From assembly GCF_002753895.1 (NCBI RefSeq), contig NZ_NJER01000001.1, forward strand, positions 1,114,910-1,178,909: DNA of 64,000 bases, read 5' to 3'. Position numbers and translations under genes: made by a program. Positions 39,285 through 49,842 of the stretch are shown here, one piece after another (the first letter of the stretch is position 1; each line of letters starts with the position of its first letter). The notes under the pieces were generated by a model. It saw nothing but the letters and a program-made list of their open reading frames with translations, was not told the DNA's origin and searched no databases. The stretch comes from Halobacteriovorax sp. JY17. GTDB taxonomy: Bacteria; Bdellovibrionota; Bacteriovoracia; Bacteriovoracales; Bacteriovoracaceae.

Positions 39285-40841
39285 TTACCTACTACACTTA
39301 ATTGACGGAAAAGCTTCAATGGTTCTTGCTGTATAGTCGTCTCCATAAAAAGACTTCTTAGAAAATTTAAGATTTTCTAGACTATACTTTCGGTCCTCTT
39401 CTTTAAGTTTGAAGTTAACAGTGAACTCTAAGAATTTATTACCATTCTCAATACAACTCCCTTTATCACTACAAATTTTTTCATATAGAGGTGGCCAGTA
39501 CTTATTATTTAAATAAGACTGTAGAGTTCTTAAAGATCTATCTACTCCATCAAGAGAGCCGTCAAAATCAAGTTGCCCTATAATATCAATTAATGGAATA
39601 GTTTGACCGTTAACAATAGTGTGAATAAGAGGAATGAAGCCAATACGACCTCTTGATGAAAGTCCTCCTATATTATTATTATTTAAAAATAACCTTCTTG
39701 TAATATCACCATCAAAGTATTTAAAATCAAAGTTTGGCTCTCTATACTCTATTCTCACTCTGTAATTAGAGTTTGCCTCTAGAACACCTTTTTCGATTTG
39801 TCTTCCTGCTCCGTATAGGATTCCTTGCCACTGTCCAGGGGCAACTGCTCCATCATACCAACTAGTAAGATACTCCCACTGACCTTCTGTAAATACTTCT
39901 AAAGTATGTTCTGCAATAATAGGTTGAGCATAGTCGCATGGAGAAGAGCATAGTCCACCAGAACACTTTCTCTCGCAACGAGTATCTACTACTGTAGGAA
40001 ATTTAAACTCTAATAATCTTCCTCTAGAGCGAACTTCTGGCTCAGCAAGATGAATTTCACTTACATTGAACTCTGATGGAAACACTGGTCTTAATACTCC
40101 GAAGTCATCAGCAGGCTTTACAAGTTCAGCAATTGGATTCACCGAGATTCTAAGCTCTGATCCACCGATAGCAACAAGGTCAGAGTTTTTTCCTGTAGCT
40201 GAATCGGAAGTATATATATTTAGGATTCCATTAAAGTCTTTTGCCGTAACACCTAACTCTTTTAGACCCTCAACAGTTTTACACTTTTGAGTCACGCCTA
40301 ATTCAACAGAGATATTGCTATTAAAGCCCGGTTTGAAATAACAGAAACGACCTGTAAAGTCCGCAGCGTGCTGAGAAATTCTCGTTATATCACAACCCGC
40401 TTGGTTTTCAGGGATTTGTAATCCTCCAGGCCCAAGTTCAGTAACCTTTACAACTAAGCACTTATTTAGAAATTCTCTCTTTAGAGCAATTTCTTCACCT
40501 TGATCAGCTGCTGAAATAGGATTCTTTAAATCTGAATTAATGATTGAACACTGACGTCTAATTCCATCCTCAGATAATGAATAGGTCTTATTCTTATTAT
40601 TTAAAACCAAGTCCTCTACACCGAGCGCCAGCATTATATATCTTCTCTTGGCCGCAGTAAGTTTACAGTTACTAATTGACGAATAAGCAGCCGAGCTTAG
40701 GATTTTTTCTGCTGTATAAAAAATTTCTTGCTCATATTCAGAAGAGATTGCAATATTCATTTGCTCAGGAGCTATAGCTTCACAAGCAAGTACGTAGCTT
40801 GAAGAGCATAGCATGAATAATGTAATTAATAGCTTCTTCAT
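39285..40841 (-). CDS. Exported Cys-containing hypothetical protein (possible lipoprotein)
   Basis: Start MKKLLITLF with GGAG RBS; signal peptide ends VLA-C. Confidence 0.75.
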   Translation of the reverse strand: MKKLLITLFMLCSSSYVLACEAIAPEQMNIAISSEYEQEIFYTAEKILSSAAYSSISNCKLTAAKRRYIMLALGVEDLVLNNKNKTYSLSEDGIRRQCSIINSDLKNPISAADQGEEIALKREFLNKCLVVKVTELGPGGLQIPENQAGCDITRISQHAADFTGRFCYFKPGFNSNISVELGVTQKCKTVEGLKELGVTAKDFNGILNIYTSDSATGKNSDLVAIGGSELRISVNPIAELVKPADDFGVLRPVFPSEFNVSEIHLAEPEVRSRGRLLEFKFPTVVDTRCERKCSGGLCSSPCDYAQPIIAEHTLEVFTEGQWEYLTSWYDGAVAPGQWQGILYGAGRQIEKGVLEANSNYRVRIEYREPNFDFKYFDGDITRRLFLNNNNIGGLSSRGRIGFIPLIHTIVNGQTIPLIDIIGQLDFDGSLDGVDRSLRTLQSYLNNKYWPPLYEKICSDKGSCIENGNKFLEFTVNFKLKEEDRKYSLENLKFSKKSFYGDDYTARTIEAFPSIKCSR

Positions 40842-40880
40842 TTCTTCTCCAAAAATCAGCATGAAATATTTTAAACATAG

Positions 40881-40905
40881 AAAAGTGCTGGGTTATCCCA
40901 GCACT
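40881..40905 (-). terminator. Intrinsic terminator between first and second gene of the cluster
   Basis: AGTGCTGGG-4nt-CCCAGCACT perfect 9-bp stem followed by TTTT on the minus strand. Confidence 0.8.
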
Positions 40906-40920
40906 CATATAAACTATTTA

Positions 40921-41853
40921 TTAAAGAGTAGGCTCTTCAATTGAAGTTTTAGTACAAACTTTAGCAGCTTGAGTTTTCCATGGTCTAAATTGATCTTTTC
41001 CACCTAGATCAGTCGCTTCAGAGAATGTGTATCTAACACGACAGAAAGTTGGAGCTGATTTACCTGGACCTGTGATGTTCTGACCACCAGTAGCGATTGC
41101 AGTACTGTAACCAAGACTTGCGTTAGTGATTAGAGAATCAGAATCATTACCAGCAAATACTGTTGAACCTGGAACAAAGTTAAGTGCGTTTGGTTGACCA
41201 GAAACTTGGTAGTCACAAACGATTTCTGAATTAACTTTAAGACCTGCAACAGCTGCGTAGCTAGCATATCCACCAGTTAAATCTTGAATTGTCGCTTCAG
41301 CTTTAGCTTCCCAATTAGTTTTGATTCCAGCAGTTGCGTAATCAATTTGTGGTCCTCTAAAACATACGTCTAAGTAGTACTCAGCACCAAAAAGCTCTGA
41401 ACCTAAATTGAAGTTTAAAGTTGTAAGTTGCTTATCAAAGTAGTTACCTGAAACTTTTCCGTTTGCATCAACGTTATTTGAAAATAAGAAGTTCTTATTT
41501 TGGTCAGCAGCAAAAGTAGCTTTTGTAGAAGATGGGTAAGTTTCGTTGTGGTCAGTCCAGTTAGCATAAGTTGCTTCTGCAAAGTCCATTAAGTAACTAC
41601 CGTCAGTTCCTGAACATACACAATCACATGATTGACCTTCTTCACAAGCACTTGGGTTACAAGAGTTTTCTGGGTTTGTTCTTTCGTAACAAACTACGGC
41701 AGCAGCTTTCTTGTGCTTAATACCAGCGTTACATGGGTAAATAGATGCCCCTGAAGAAAAAACAGAGAAATCAAAACTTACTTCAATAGCTGAAGCAGAG
41801 TTAGCTGCAACTAGTAAAGCGATTGCTAAAAAGGCTTTTTTTAATACATTCAT
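40921..41853 (-). CDS. Exported Cys-rich protein, putative abundant structural subunit (310 aa)
   Basis: Classic signal peptide (ANSASA-I), AAGGAG RBS, 11 Cys. Codon choice resembles flagellin/sucCD by eye (GCT/GCA, TAC, AAC). Confidence 0.85.
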   Translation of the reverse strand: MNVLKKAFLAIALLVAANSASAIEVSFDFSVFSSGASIYPCNAGIKHKKAAAVVCYERTNPENSCNPSACEEGQSCDCVCSGTDGSYLMDFAEATYANWTDHNETYPSSTKATFAADQNKNFLFSNNVDANGKVSGNYFDKQLTTLNFNLGSELFGAEYYLDVCFRGPQIDYATAGIKTNWEAKAEATIQDLTGGYASYAAVAGLKVNSEIVCDYQVSGQPNALNFVPGSTVFAGNDSDSLITNASLGYSTAIATGGQNITGPGKSAPTFCRVRYTFSEATDLGGKDQFRPWKTQAAKVCTKTSIEEPTL

Positions 41854-42328
41854 TTGTACTCCTTAAGTAAAAAAGCGGTTATTAAATAAACAAATTATAA
41901 AATTTGATTCATTCGTTTCTTTATTTAACTTAGATAAAATCAAACTGCTTCCATCTAAAATTAAATTACTTTTATTAACTTCTCTTTAATATCAATATGA
42001 TGCATAAAATCATCAAGTTTTCTAGACATTAAGTGAGAATAAAGTTCTGTAATTAAAGGGGGTTCTACACCTTTTTTTTAATCTTGAATCTAAATTTATT
42101 CTTAAGAGCATAGAAGTTGATTTTGGTAATTTTATTTACCAAAGATAAGCAGTTAATTTTACTGATAAGTTAAGACTACCTATAGACAATAAAAGCTATT
42201 TTCATAATATATAATTACAATAACTTATAACTTAAAGCAAAAGCGAACATAAAGAACAACTTTAGATAAGCATAATTTTTCAGGGCAAAAAAGGTCTTCT
42301 AAAAAAGTCTAAATATTTTACAGGAACT

Positions 42329-44347
42329 TCATAGTAATAAACGAATTTCCCTTAATGATTTTATCTCATCGCGGATTTTTGCAGCAAATTCAAAGTCTAA
42401 TTCTTTAGAGGCAAGCTTCATTTTCTTATTTAATTCTTCTATTTGTTTATCAAGAGACTTTGCATCTAACTCTCCTGAGAGCTTTGACTTAGGCCCTTTG
42501 GAAGTTTTATTTCCTTTTGCTCCACGAAGAGTCTCTATAACTCCCCCTGAGACTTTCTTTGAAATCGTAATTGGAGTTATTCCATTTTCTTTATTGTACT
42601 GCTCTTGAATAACTCTTCTTCTCTTTGTTTCTCCAATGGCCTTCTCCATACTCTTAGTGTTCTTATAGGCGTAGAGAATTGCTCTTCCTTCGGAGTTTCG
42701 TGCAGCACGCCCAATAGTTTGAATAAGCGATCTCTCTGATCGCAGGAAGCCTTCTTTGTCAGCATCTAAAATAGCAACAAGAGAAACTTCAGGAATGTCT
42801 AATCCTTCTCTTAAAAGGTTAATTCCTACGAGAACATCAAATTCACCGAGTCGAAGATCTCTGATAATTTCCATTCTTTCTAAAGTATCTATATCAGAGT
42901 GAAGATACTTAACTTTTATTCCAGCTCCTTGATAGTAACTAGTAAGTTCTTCTGATAATTTCTTTGTAAGAGTAGTAATAAGAACTCTCTCTCCTTTTTT
43001 AATAACTTTTTTAACTTCTATTAGTAAGTCATCAACTTGAGTTGTAGCGTCTCGAACTTCAATGATTGGATCAAGTAATCCGGTCGGTCTAATCACTTGT
43101 TCTACATACTCTCCCTCAGTTCTTTCTAGTTCATAATTTCCTGGAGTCGCAGAGACATAGAGAACTTGATCAAGTTTCTTTTCAAACTCTGGAAAATTTA
43201 ATGGCCGATTATCAAGAGCAGATGGAAGCCTAAAACCAAAGTCCACAAGGTTTTGCTTTCTCGCTCTATCCCCTCTATACATTCCACCAACCTGAGAAAC
43301 TGTAATGTGAGACTCATCAATTATCATGAGAAAGTCATTTTTAAAAAAGTCTATTAAAGTTGGCGGTGGATCACCTTCACTACTGCCTGTGAGATGTCTG
43401 GAATAATTTTCGATACCAGAACAAAATCCCATCTCTTCCATCATTTCTAAATCGAGAAGAGTTCTCTGCTCTAACCTTTGTTTTTCCACTAATTTCTCTT
43501 GCGACTGTAACTCTTGCAACCTAGACCTAAGTTCTGTTTTAATTGTTCCAATTGCCGTCTCAAGCTTCTTCTCACTTACAACGTAGTGGGACTTCGGATA
43601 AATAACTATCTTATTTAAACTCTGTAAGACCTTACCTCTAAGAGGATCAACAATTGAAATAGATTCAACAACATCATCAAAGAACTCAATTCTTATAACA
43701 TCAGAATCCTCAGATGCTGGAAAAACTTCAACCAGATCCCCTCGTACTCGAAAGCACCCTCTAGAGAAATCAATATCATTTCTTTGAAATTGTATGGAAA
43801 CTAGGTCCTTTAAAAATTGGTCACGATCAATTTCATCATCAATAAATAAACTCAACTTTTGAGATTCATATTCATCGGGAGAACCAATACCGTAAATACA
43901 GCTCACACTCGCAACGACAATAACATCATCTCTCTCTAATAGACTCCTAGTGGCACTATGGCGAAGTTTATCAATTTCATCATTAACACTAGCGTCTTTT
44001 TCAATGAAAGTATCAGTTCCAGGAACGTAGGCTTCAGGCTGATAGTAGTCATAGTAAGAGACAAAGTATTCTACAGCACTTTCGGGAAAGAATTCTCTAA
44101 ACTCCGCGTAGAGCTGGGCCGCCAAAGTTTTATTGTGAGCAAGAATAAGAGTTTTCTTACCTAGATTTTGAATAAGGTGGGCCATGGTAAAAGTCTTTCC
44201 AGAACCCGTAACTCCTAACAAGGTTTGCTCTCTTTCCCCTGCCTCAAATTTTCTAGTTAATTGTTCAATCGCGGCTGGTTGATCACCACATGGACTAAAC
44301 TCTGAATGTATTTTAAAAACGTTTTTTTTATCTTTCATGTTATTCAA
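42329..44347 (-). CDS. uvrB: Excinuclease ABC subunit B
   Basis: [52 protein letters not shown]-terminus. Confidence 0.98.
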   Translation of the reverse strand: MNNMKDKKNVFKIHSEFSPCGDQPAAIEQLTRKFEAGEREQTLLGVTGSGKTFTMAHLIQNLGKKTLILAHNKTLAAQLYAEFREFFPESAVEYFVSYYDYYQPEAYVPGTDTFIEKDASVNDEIDKLRHSATRSLLERDDVIVVASVSCIYGIGSPDEYESQKLSLFIDDEIDRDQFLKDLVSIQFQRNDIDFSRGCFRVRGDLVEVFPASEDSDVIRIEFFDDVVESISIVDPLRGKVLQSLNKIVIYPKSHYVVSEKKLETAIGTIKTELRSRLQELQSQEKLVEKQRLEQRTLLDLEMMEEMGFCSGIENYSRHLTGSSEGDPPPTLIDFFKNDFLMIIDESHITVSQVGGMYRGDRARKQNLVDFGFRLPSALDNRPLNFPEFEKKLDQVLYVSATPGNYELERTEGEYVEQVIRPTGLLDPIIEVRDATTQVDDLLIEVKKVIKKGERVLITTLTKKLSEELTSYYQGAGIKVKYLHSDIDTLERMEIIRDLRLGEFDVLVGINLLREGLDIPEVSLVAILDADKEGFLRSERSLIQTIGRAARNSEGRAILYAYKNTKSMEKAIGETKRRRVIQEQYNKENGITPITISKKVSGGVIETLRGAKGNKTSKGPKSKLSGELDAKSLDKQIEELNKKMKLASKELDFEFAAKIRDEIKSLREIRLLL

Positions 44348-44366
44348 TTTCAGTTAAAATAAATTT

Positions 44367-45602
44367 ATGAATATTAAAAGCCACCTATCATTAAGCTATA
44401 AGAAAAATAAATTATTTATAGATGATCACTGTATTAATTCTATAACTAAAGATCTTAAAACACCATTTTATCTCTATAGTGTTAAGGCCCTTGAAAGCAA
44501 TTATTTGAATTTCTATTTAGCAGCTTCTAATAATGGACTTAGTAACCCACTAGTTTGCTATGCTTTAAAGGCGAATCCAAATCTAAGTCTACTAAAGTCC
44601 CTTAAAGTGTTAGGAGCAGGAGCAGATATCGTTTCCGGTGGAGAGCTTAAACAAGCACTAAAGGCAAAGATACCTGCCAGTAAAATTGTTTTCTCTGGAG
44701 TTGGAAAGACAGAAGATGAGATTAGGCTTGCTCTTAAGTGTCATAGAGATGGTATTTACTCATTCAATGTCGAAAGTATTGAAGAGTTAGAAATGATTGG
44801 AACTGTCGCTCAGTCATTAAATAAAAAAGCAAGAGTCGCCCTAAGACTAAACCCCCAAGTAAATGTTAAAACGCACAAGCATATTTCAACAGGTGGAAAG
44901 AGTCACAAATTTGGAATATTAAAAGTTGATATTGAAAAGTCTCTTAAAAAGAAAAGTCTCTGGAAGAATATAGATCTAGTAGGACTATCCATGCATATTG
45001 GATCGCAGCTAACATGTCTAAAGGCCACAGAGAAGGCCCTTAAAGAAATTGTAAAATTAGCAAGCGCTCTCCCCTCTCCCTTAGAGTTTATTGACGTTGG
45101 AGGAGGTCTAGGAGTTCCTTATAACGAAGATCATCCTCTAAGCTCCTTAGAAGAGTATATGAGCCTAGTTGCTAAGACTCTCAAGTCAAATATGAAAGTT
45201 ATTCCGAGAGTAGTCTTTGAGCCGGGAAGGTTTATTGTCGCCAATTGTGGAGTTCTTGTGACAGAAGTCATAAGGATAAAAAAATCAGAAGAAAATAAAT
45301 TTATTATTGTTGACGGTGGAATGAATGACTTCGTGAGATCCTCTCTCTATGGAGCCTATCACCACGTTCTTCCTCTGTCTAAGAGGTCTGGCAACCCTAG
45401 TCCTTGTCATGTGGTTGGTCCAATTTGCGAGACAGCAGATTCCTTTGCTAGCAATCGATCACTGCCACCAATTAAATCAAGGGATAGAATTTGTATAGGA
45501 GACGTGGGCGCTTATGGCCATAGCATGAGCTCCACTTATAATATGAGAGAGAGAACAAAAGAATATATACTTGATGTTGATGGTAACTTAAAAACTAACT
45601 GA
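44367..45602 (+). CDS. lysA: Diaminopimelate decarboxylase
   Basis: YALKANPN, VSGGEL, HIGSQ, DVGGGLG, EPGRF, GPICETAD, GAYG..MSS.YN.R motifs. Confidence 0.95.
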   Translation: MNIKSHLSLSYKKNKLFIDDHCINSITKDLKTPFYLYSVKALESNYLNFYLAASNNGLSNPLVCYALKANPNLSLLKSLKVLGAGADIVSGGELKQALKAKIPASKIVFSGVGKTEDEIRLALKCHRDGIYSFNVESIEELEMIGTVAQSLNKKARVALRLNPQVNVKTHKHISTGGKSHKFGILKVDIEKSLKKKSLWKNIDLVGLSMHIGSQLTCLKATEKALKEIVKLASALPSPLEFIDVGGGLGVPYNEDHPLSSLEEYMSLVAKTLKSNMKVIPRVVFEPGRFIVANCGVLVTEVIRIKKSEENKFIIVDGGMNDFVRSSLYGAYHHVLPLSKRSGNPSPCHVVGPICETADSFASNRSLPPIKSRDRICIGDVGAYGHSMSSTYNMRERTKEYILDVDGNLKTN

Positions 45603-45622
45603 TCAGGATCTCCCTGATCAGA

Positions 45623-46096
45623 TTAATTAAAATACTCGTCAATAGCTGTACTTACTTTCTTAGAGTCATCTCCATTAGAAAGAGAAATCTCTTGAGCAAG
45701 TAAATCTCTACACTGCTCTAACATTTTCTTTTCACCAAAACTTAAATTCTTCTTATCTTTAAGAAGAAATAATGCGCGCAGAACTTCTGCAATTTCTAGT
45801 AAAGAGCCTGTTTTAATCTTGGTCATGTACTCGCGGTATCTTCTATTCCAAGTTGAATTATCAATTTGAATATTATGATCTTGTAAAAGTTCATAAACCT
45901 CATTGATTTCATTCATACCAACAAGTTCTCTAATTCCATTTTCAGAATTTGTAGGAACCATCACAGTCATACCATTGGCAATAATTTTGAGGATGTAAAA
46001 AGATAACTTCTCAGCACCAACCTCGCGTTCTTCGATATCGCATACCTGTCCTACTCCGTGTCCGGGACATACTGCATAATCGCCAATATTAAACAT
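45623..46096 (-). CDS. carD: CarD family transcriptional regulator
   Basis: F.IGD.AV.PGHGVG, MVP, WNRRYR, G...EIAEVLR. ATG at 46096 follows a GGAGG RBS. Confidence 0.93.
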   Translation of the reverse strand: MFNIGDYAVCPGHGVGQVCDIEEREVGAEKLSFYILKIIANGMTVMVPTNSENGIRELVGMNEINEVYELLQDHNIQIDNSTWNRRYREYMTKIKTGSLLEIAEVLRALFLLKDKKNLSFGEKKMLEQCRDLLAQEISLSNGDDSKKVSTAIDEYFN

Positions 46097-46244
46097 AGTA
46101 ACCTCCGTAAATATACTCTCTTCATTTATATCTTGATGCGGTGCTTTTAACAATTGCCCCTGAAATAAATACAGGTGGTGTGGACTTTGTAGACAGAAAA
46201 TTATAAATGCCAGGTCCTTAAAAATCAAGTACTTAAACAAGAAA

Positions 46245-46264
46245 GCCCTGACTTACGCCAGGGC
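46245..46264 (-). terminator. Intrinsic terminator after ndk
   Basis: GCCCTG...CAGGGC hairpin followed by TTTCTTGTTT on the minus strand. Confidence 0.6.
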
Positions 46265-46307
46265 CCTACTATGAATTAAATAAAATCTTATTAGACTATT
46301 TTAGAGA

Positions 46308-46730
46308 CTAGAATCTTCCTAGAACTTCATTTTTGTCAAAAAAGTAGTTAATCTCTCTATCAGCAGATGCTTGAGAATCAGATCCGTGAACAGCGTTCTC
46401 ACCGATTGATTTCGCATATAGCTTTCTAAGAGTACCTTCCGCAGCTTCGGCTGGGTTAGTTGCTCCCATAATTTCTCTGTTCTTATCAACAGCACCTTCA
46501 CCTTCAAGGGCCATAATCATTACTGGCGCTGAAGTCATGAAAGATACTAATTCACCAAAGAATGGTCTGTCTTTGTGCTCAATATAGAAACCTTCTGCTT
46601 TTTCTTTTGAAAGTTGAACAAGTTTTGCAGCAGCAATTCTTAGTCCTTCACCTTCAAACTTAGCGATGATATTTCCGATATTATTATCTAATACAGCATT
46701 TGGCTTAACGATACTTAGTGTTCTTTCCAT
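46308..46730 (-). CDS. ndk: Nucleoside diphosphate kinase
   Basis: [37 protein letters not shown]. Confidence 0.98.
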   Translation of the reverse strand: MERTLSIVKPNAVLDNNIGNIIAKFEGEGLRIAAAKLVQLSKEKAEGFYIEHKDRPFFGELVSFMTSAPVMIMALEGEGAVDKNREIMGATNPAEAAEGTLRKLYAKSIGENAVHGSDSQASADREINYFFDKNEVLGRF

Positions 46731-46753
46731 TATATTTCTCCTTATAAAATATT

Positions 46754-47629
46754 TTATTTCTTACCTAAAACTTCTTCCATTTTGTGACCAAGTTCAGCAG
46801 GTGATCTAGCAATAGTTACACCACATTCTTCTAGAATTCTGAACTTTGCCTCTGCTGTATCATCTCCACCAGAGATAATAGCACCAGCGTGACCCATTCT
46901 CTTTCCTGCAGGAGCAGAAGCACCAGCGATGAAAGAAACAACAGGCTTAGTCATATTTTTTTGAATCCATCTACCTGCATCAGTTTCAGCATTACCACCG
47001 ATTTCTCCGATCATAATAACTGCGTCAGTATCTGGATCTTTTTCAAATAGTTCTAGTACGTCGATGAAGTCTGTTCCATTAACTGGATCTCCACCAATAC
47101 CAACACAAGTTGATTGACCAATGTCTCTTTGAGTTAATTGGAAAACCGCTTCGTAAGTAAGAGTTCCCGAACGAGAAACAACACCAACTCTTCCTGGCAT
47201 ATGAATATGTCCTGGCATAATTCCAATCTTACACTCACCCGGAGTGATAAGGCCTGGACAGTTAGGACCGATTAAACGAGTACTTGATCCTTGAAGAGCC
47301 GCTTTAACTTTTACCATATCAAGAATAGGAATTCCTTCAGTAATAGCAATAACAAGAGGCATTCCAGCGTCAATACATTCAAGAATTGAATCAGCTGCAA
47401 ACGGAGGTGGAACCATAATCATGGCCGCATTCGCTTCTGTTTTATCTACAGCTTCTCTAACAGTGTTAAAAACTGGAAAACCTTCGTGAACAGTACCACC
47501 CTTACCAGGAGTTACTCCACCAACAAAGTTTGTTCCATAATCTCTTGATTGAAGAGAGTGAAAAGTTCCCTGCTTACCAGTGAAACCTACAGTAATTAAT
47601 TTCGTGTCTCTATTAATTAGAATGGCCAT
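46754..47629 (-). CDS. sucD: Succinyl-CoA synthetase alpha subunit
   Basis: [37 protein letters not shown]. Confidence 0.98.
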   Translation of the reverse strand: MAILINRDTKLITVGFTGKQGTFHSLQSRDYGTNFVGGVTPGKGGTVHEGFPVFNTVREAVDKTEANAAMIMVPPPFAADSILECIDAGMPLVIAITEGIPILDMVKVKAALQGSSTRLIGPNCPGLITPGECKIGIMPGHIHMPGRVGVVSRSGTLTYEAVFQLTQRDIGQSTCVGIGGDPVNGTDFIDVLELFEKDPDTDAVIMIGEIGGNAETDAGRWIQKNMTKPVVSFIAGASAPAGKRMGHAGAIISGGDDTAEAKFRILEECGVTIARSPAELGHKMEEVLGKK

Positions 47630-48801
47630 TACGCCTCCCCTTTTGTTGCTTCAACAACTTTTACAGCAGCATCTGCAAGGTCGTCGGCAGCAATAATAGT
47701 TAAATCAGACTCGTTAAGAATTTTCTTCCCTAGAGCTACGTTTGTACCTTCAAGTCTAACAACAAGAGGAACAGTAACACCAAGTGATTTAGCTGCAGCA
47801 ACAACACCTTCGGCGATGATGTCACATTTCATAATCCCACCAAAGATATTTACTAAGATGGCCTTAACGTTCTTATCTGAAAGAATAATTGAAAAAGCTT
47901 TTTCAACAGTTTCTTTAGTCGCTCCTCCCCCTACATCTAGGAAGTTTGCCGGCTCACCACCGTGAAGCTTGATAATATCCATTGTACCCATCGCAAGACC
48001 GGCACCATTTACTAGACAACCAATATTTCCATCAAGAGAAATATAAGAAAGACCAAACTTAGCAGCATCAAGCTCTTCAGCAGATTCCTCAGTTGGATCT
48101 CTCATCTCTTCAATTTCAGGATGTCTAAAAAGAGCATTGTCATCAAAATTTAACTTCGCATCAAGAGCAATCATCTCACCACTCTTAGTTTTCACTAAAG
48201 GATTGATTTCTGCAATTGTACAATCTGTTGCGATATAAAGGTCGTATAAACCTTTAAAGAATTTAGTCGCTTCTTTAACAAGCTCCTTATCTTTAATACC
48301 GATTCCGTAAGCGAGCTTTCTTCCAATAAATGGAGTAAAACCAGCAGCTGGGTCAACAGCAACTTTTATAATTTTCTCAGGAGTTTCTTCTGCAACTTTT
48401 TCAATCTCTACACCACCTTCAATAGATGCCATAAATGTTGCTTTACCAGTTGCACGATCAAGTACGATACCTGCGTAATATTCGTGTTCAATTTCACAAC
48501 CCTCTTCGATTAAAAGTGTTAACACTTTCTTTCCTTCCGGTCCTGTTTGATGAGTCACTAGAGTCTTACCTAGAATGTCGTCAGCATGTGCCTTAACTTC
48601 ATCCATATTTTTAGCAAGTTTAACTCCACCAGCTTTTCCTCTACCACCAGCATGGATCTGAGCCTTTACAACCCAAATATTTCCACCAAGCTTCTTGGCT
48701 CCTTCAACGGCTTCGTCGACGGACTTAGCTACCTGACCACCAAGAACTTTTATTCCAAACTTCTTCATCAGTTCTTTGGCCTGGTACTCATGTACGTTCA
48801 T
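47629..48801 (-). CDS. sucC: Succinyl-CoA synthetase beta subunit
   Basis: [47 protein letters not shown]. Confidence 0.98.
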   Translation of the reverse strand: MNVHEYQAKELMKKFGIKVLGGQVAKSVDEAVEGAKKLGGNIWVVKAQIHAGGRGKAGGVKLAKNMDEVKAHADDILGKTLVTHQTGPEGKKVLTLLIEEGCEIEHEYYAGIVLDRATGKATFMASIEGGVEIEKVAEETPEKIIKVAVDPAAGFTPFIGRKLAYGIGIKDKELVKEATKFFKGLYDLYIATDCTIAEINPLVKTKSGEMIALDAKLNFDDNALFRHPEIEEMRDPTEESAEELDAAKFGLSYISLDGNIGCLVNGAGLAMGTMDIIKLHGGEPANFLDVGGGATKETVEKAFSIILSDKNVKAILVNIFGGIMKCDIIAEGVVAAAKSLGVTVPLVVRLEGTNVALGKKILNESDLTIIAADDLADAAVKVVEATKGEA

Positions 48802-48957
48802 GAATCTCTCCTAAGTTTTGTATTAAAAATTTGTTCCCATAATAGTGGCAAGTCGTGCATCATACTAGGTGCTATGCTTCATAACAGATTGATTTTTGAT
48901 GCTTTTGTGGCGACAATCTCTATATACTAAGAGATTACTATAAAAAAGGTTGAATAC

Positions 48958-49842
48958 ATGCAACGCAACACAGAGTATTTTTGTCTAGAACCTGCTAAAT
49001 TTCGTTTAGACGGTGGAGCCATGTTTGGAATCATTCCCAAACCTCTTTGGAATAAAGTTCATCCAAGTGACGAGCAAAATAGAATTGACCTAGCTCTTAG
49101 ACTTATCCTTATAAAGGATGAAAATAAGAATATCTTAATAGATACAGGGATCGGTGATCACAACTCCGAGAGCTTCAACGAGAGATTCGACGTCAGAACA
49201 GAGATGAAACCTCTTGAAAAAGCTCTCAAAAAAGCTGACCTAACACCTGGCGATATCACAGACCTTATTCTAAGCCATCTTCACTTTGATCATATTGGAG
49301 GAATTGGTGAGCTTATCGATGGAGTGATGACCCCCATTTTTAAAAATGCAAACTGCCATATCCATAAAGAGCATTATAATTATGCTCACTCTCCAACGAT
49401 GCGAGATGCGGGATCATTTCACTGCAAGAACTTTGAGCCCATTATTAAATGGTATGAAGAAAACTCTAAACTCATCTGGCATAAAGGTGAAGAAGGGAAA
49501 ATTCTAGACTTAGACAGTGGACCACTAAACTTTAAATGTTCTCACGGCCACACACCTTATCTGATGCACCCCTACGATGACAGAATGATTTATCTGGCCG
49601 ACCTCATTCCAACTTCTAATCATATCCATATACCTTGGGTCATGGGCTATGACATTAGTCCTGGAGTCACAACAAAAGATAAGGAAGAATTTCTACAATT
49701 TATTTACGATAGAAATTTAACTATGATCTATGAGCATGATCCTATCTACTGGGGCGGAAAACTCACTCCGAGTAAACATGGTTTCAGTGCAGGTGAAAAT
49801 TTTAAGAAATTTGATCAGCTCGCGTATAAAATAGAATTATAA
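48958..49842 (+). CDS. MBL-fold metallo-hydrolase
   Basis: LDGGAMFG..PK.LW, DTGIG, SHLHFDHIGG, HGHT, AD and YEHD motifs. Confidence 0.92.
   Translation: MQRNTEYFCLEPAKFRLDGGAMFGIIPKPLWNKVHPSDEQNRIDLALRLILIKDENKNILIDTGIGDHNSESFNERFDVRTEMKPLEKALKKADLTPGDITDLILSHLHFDHIGGIGELIDGVMTPIFKNANCHIHKEHYNYAHSPTMRDAGSFHCKNFEPIIKWYEENSKLIWHKGEEGKILDLDSGPLNFKCSHGHTPYLMHPYDDRMIYLADLIPTSNHIHIPWVMGYDISPGVTTKDKEEFLQFIYDRNLTMIYEHDPIYWGGKLTPSKHGFSAGENFKKFDQLAYKIEL

Noticed and set aside
48841-48860. TGGCA...TGCA as a sigma54 site between sucC and the MBL gene
   Set aside because: GG-GC spacing is 2 nt too short for a -24/-12 promoter.
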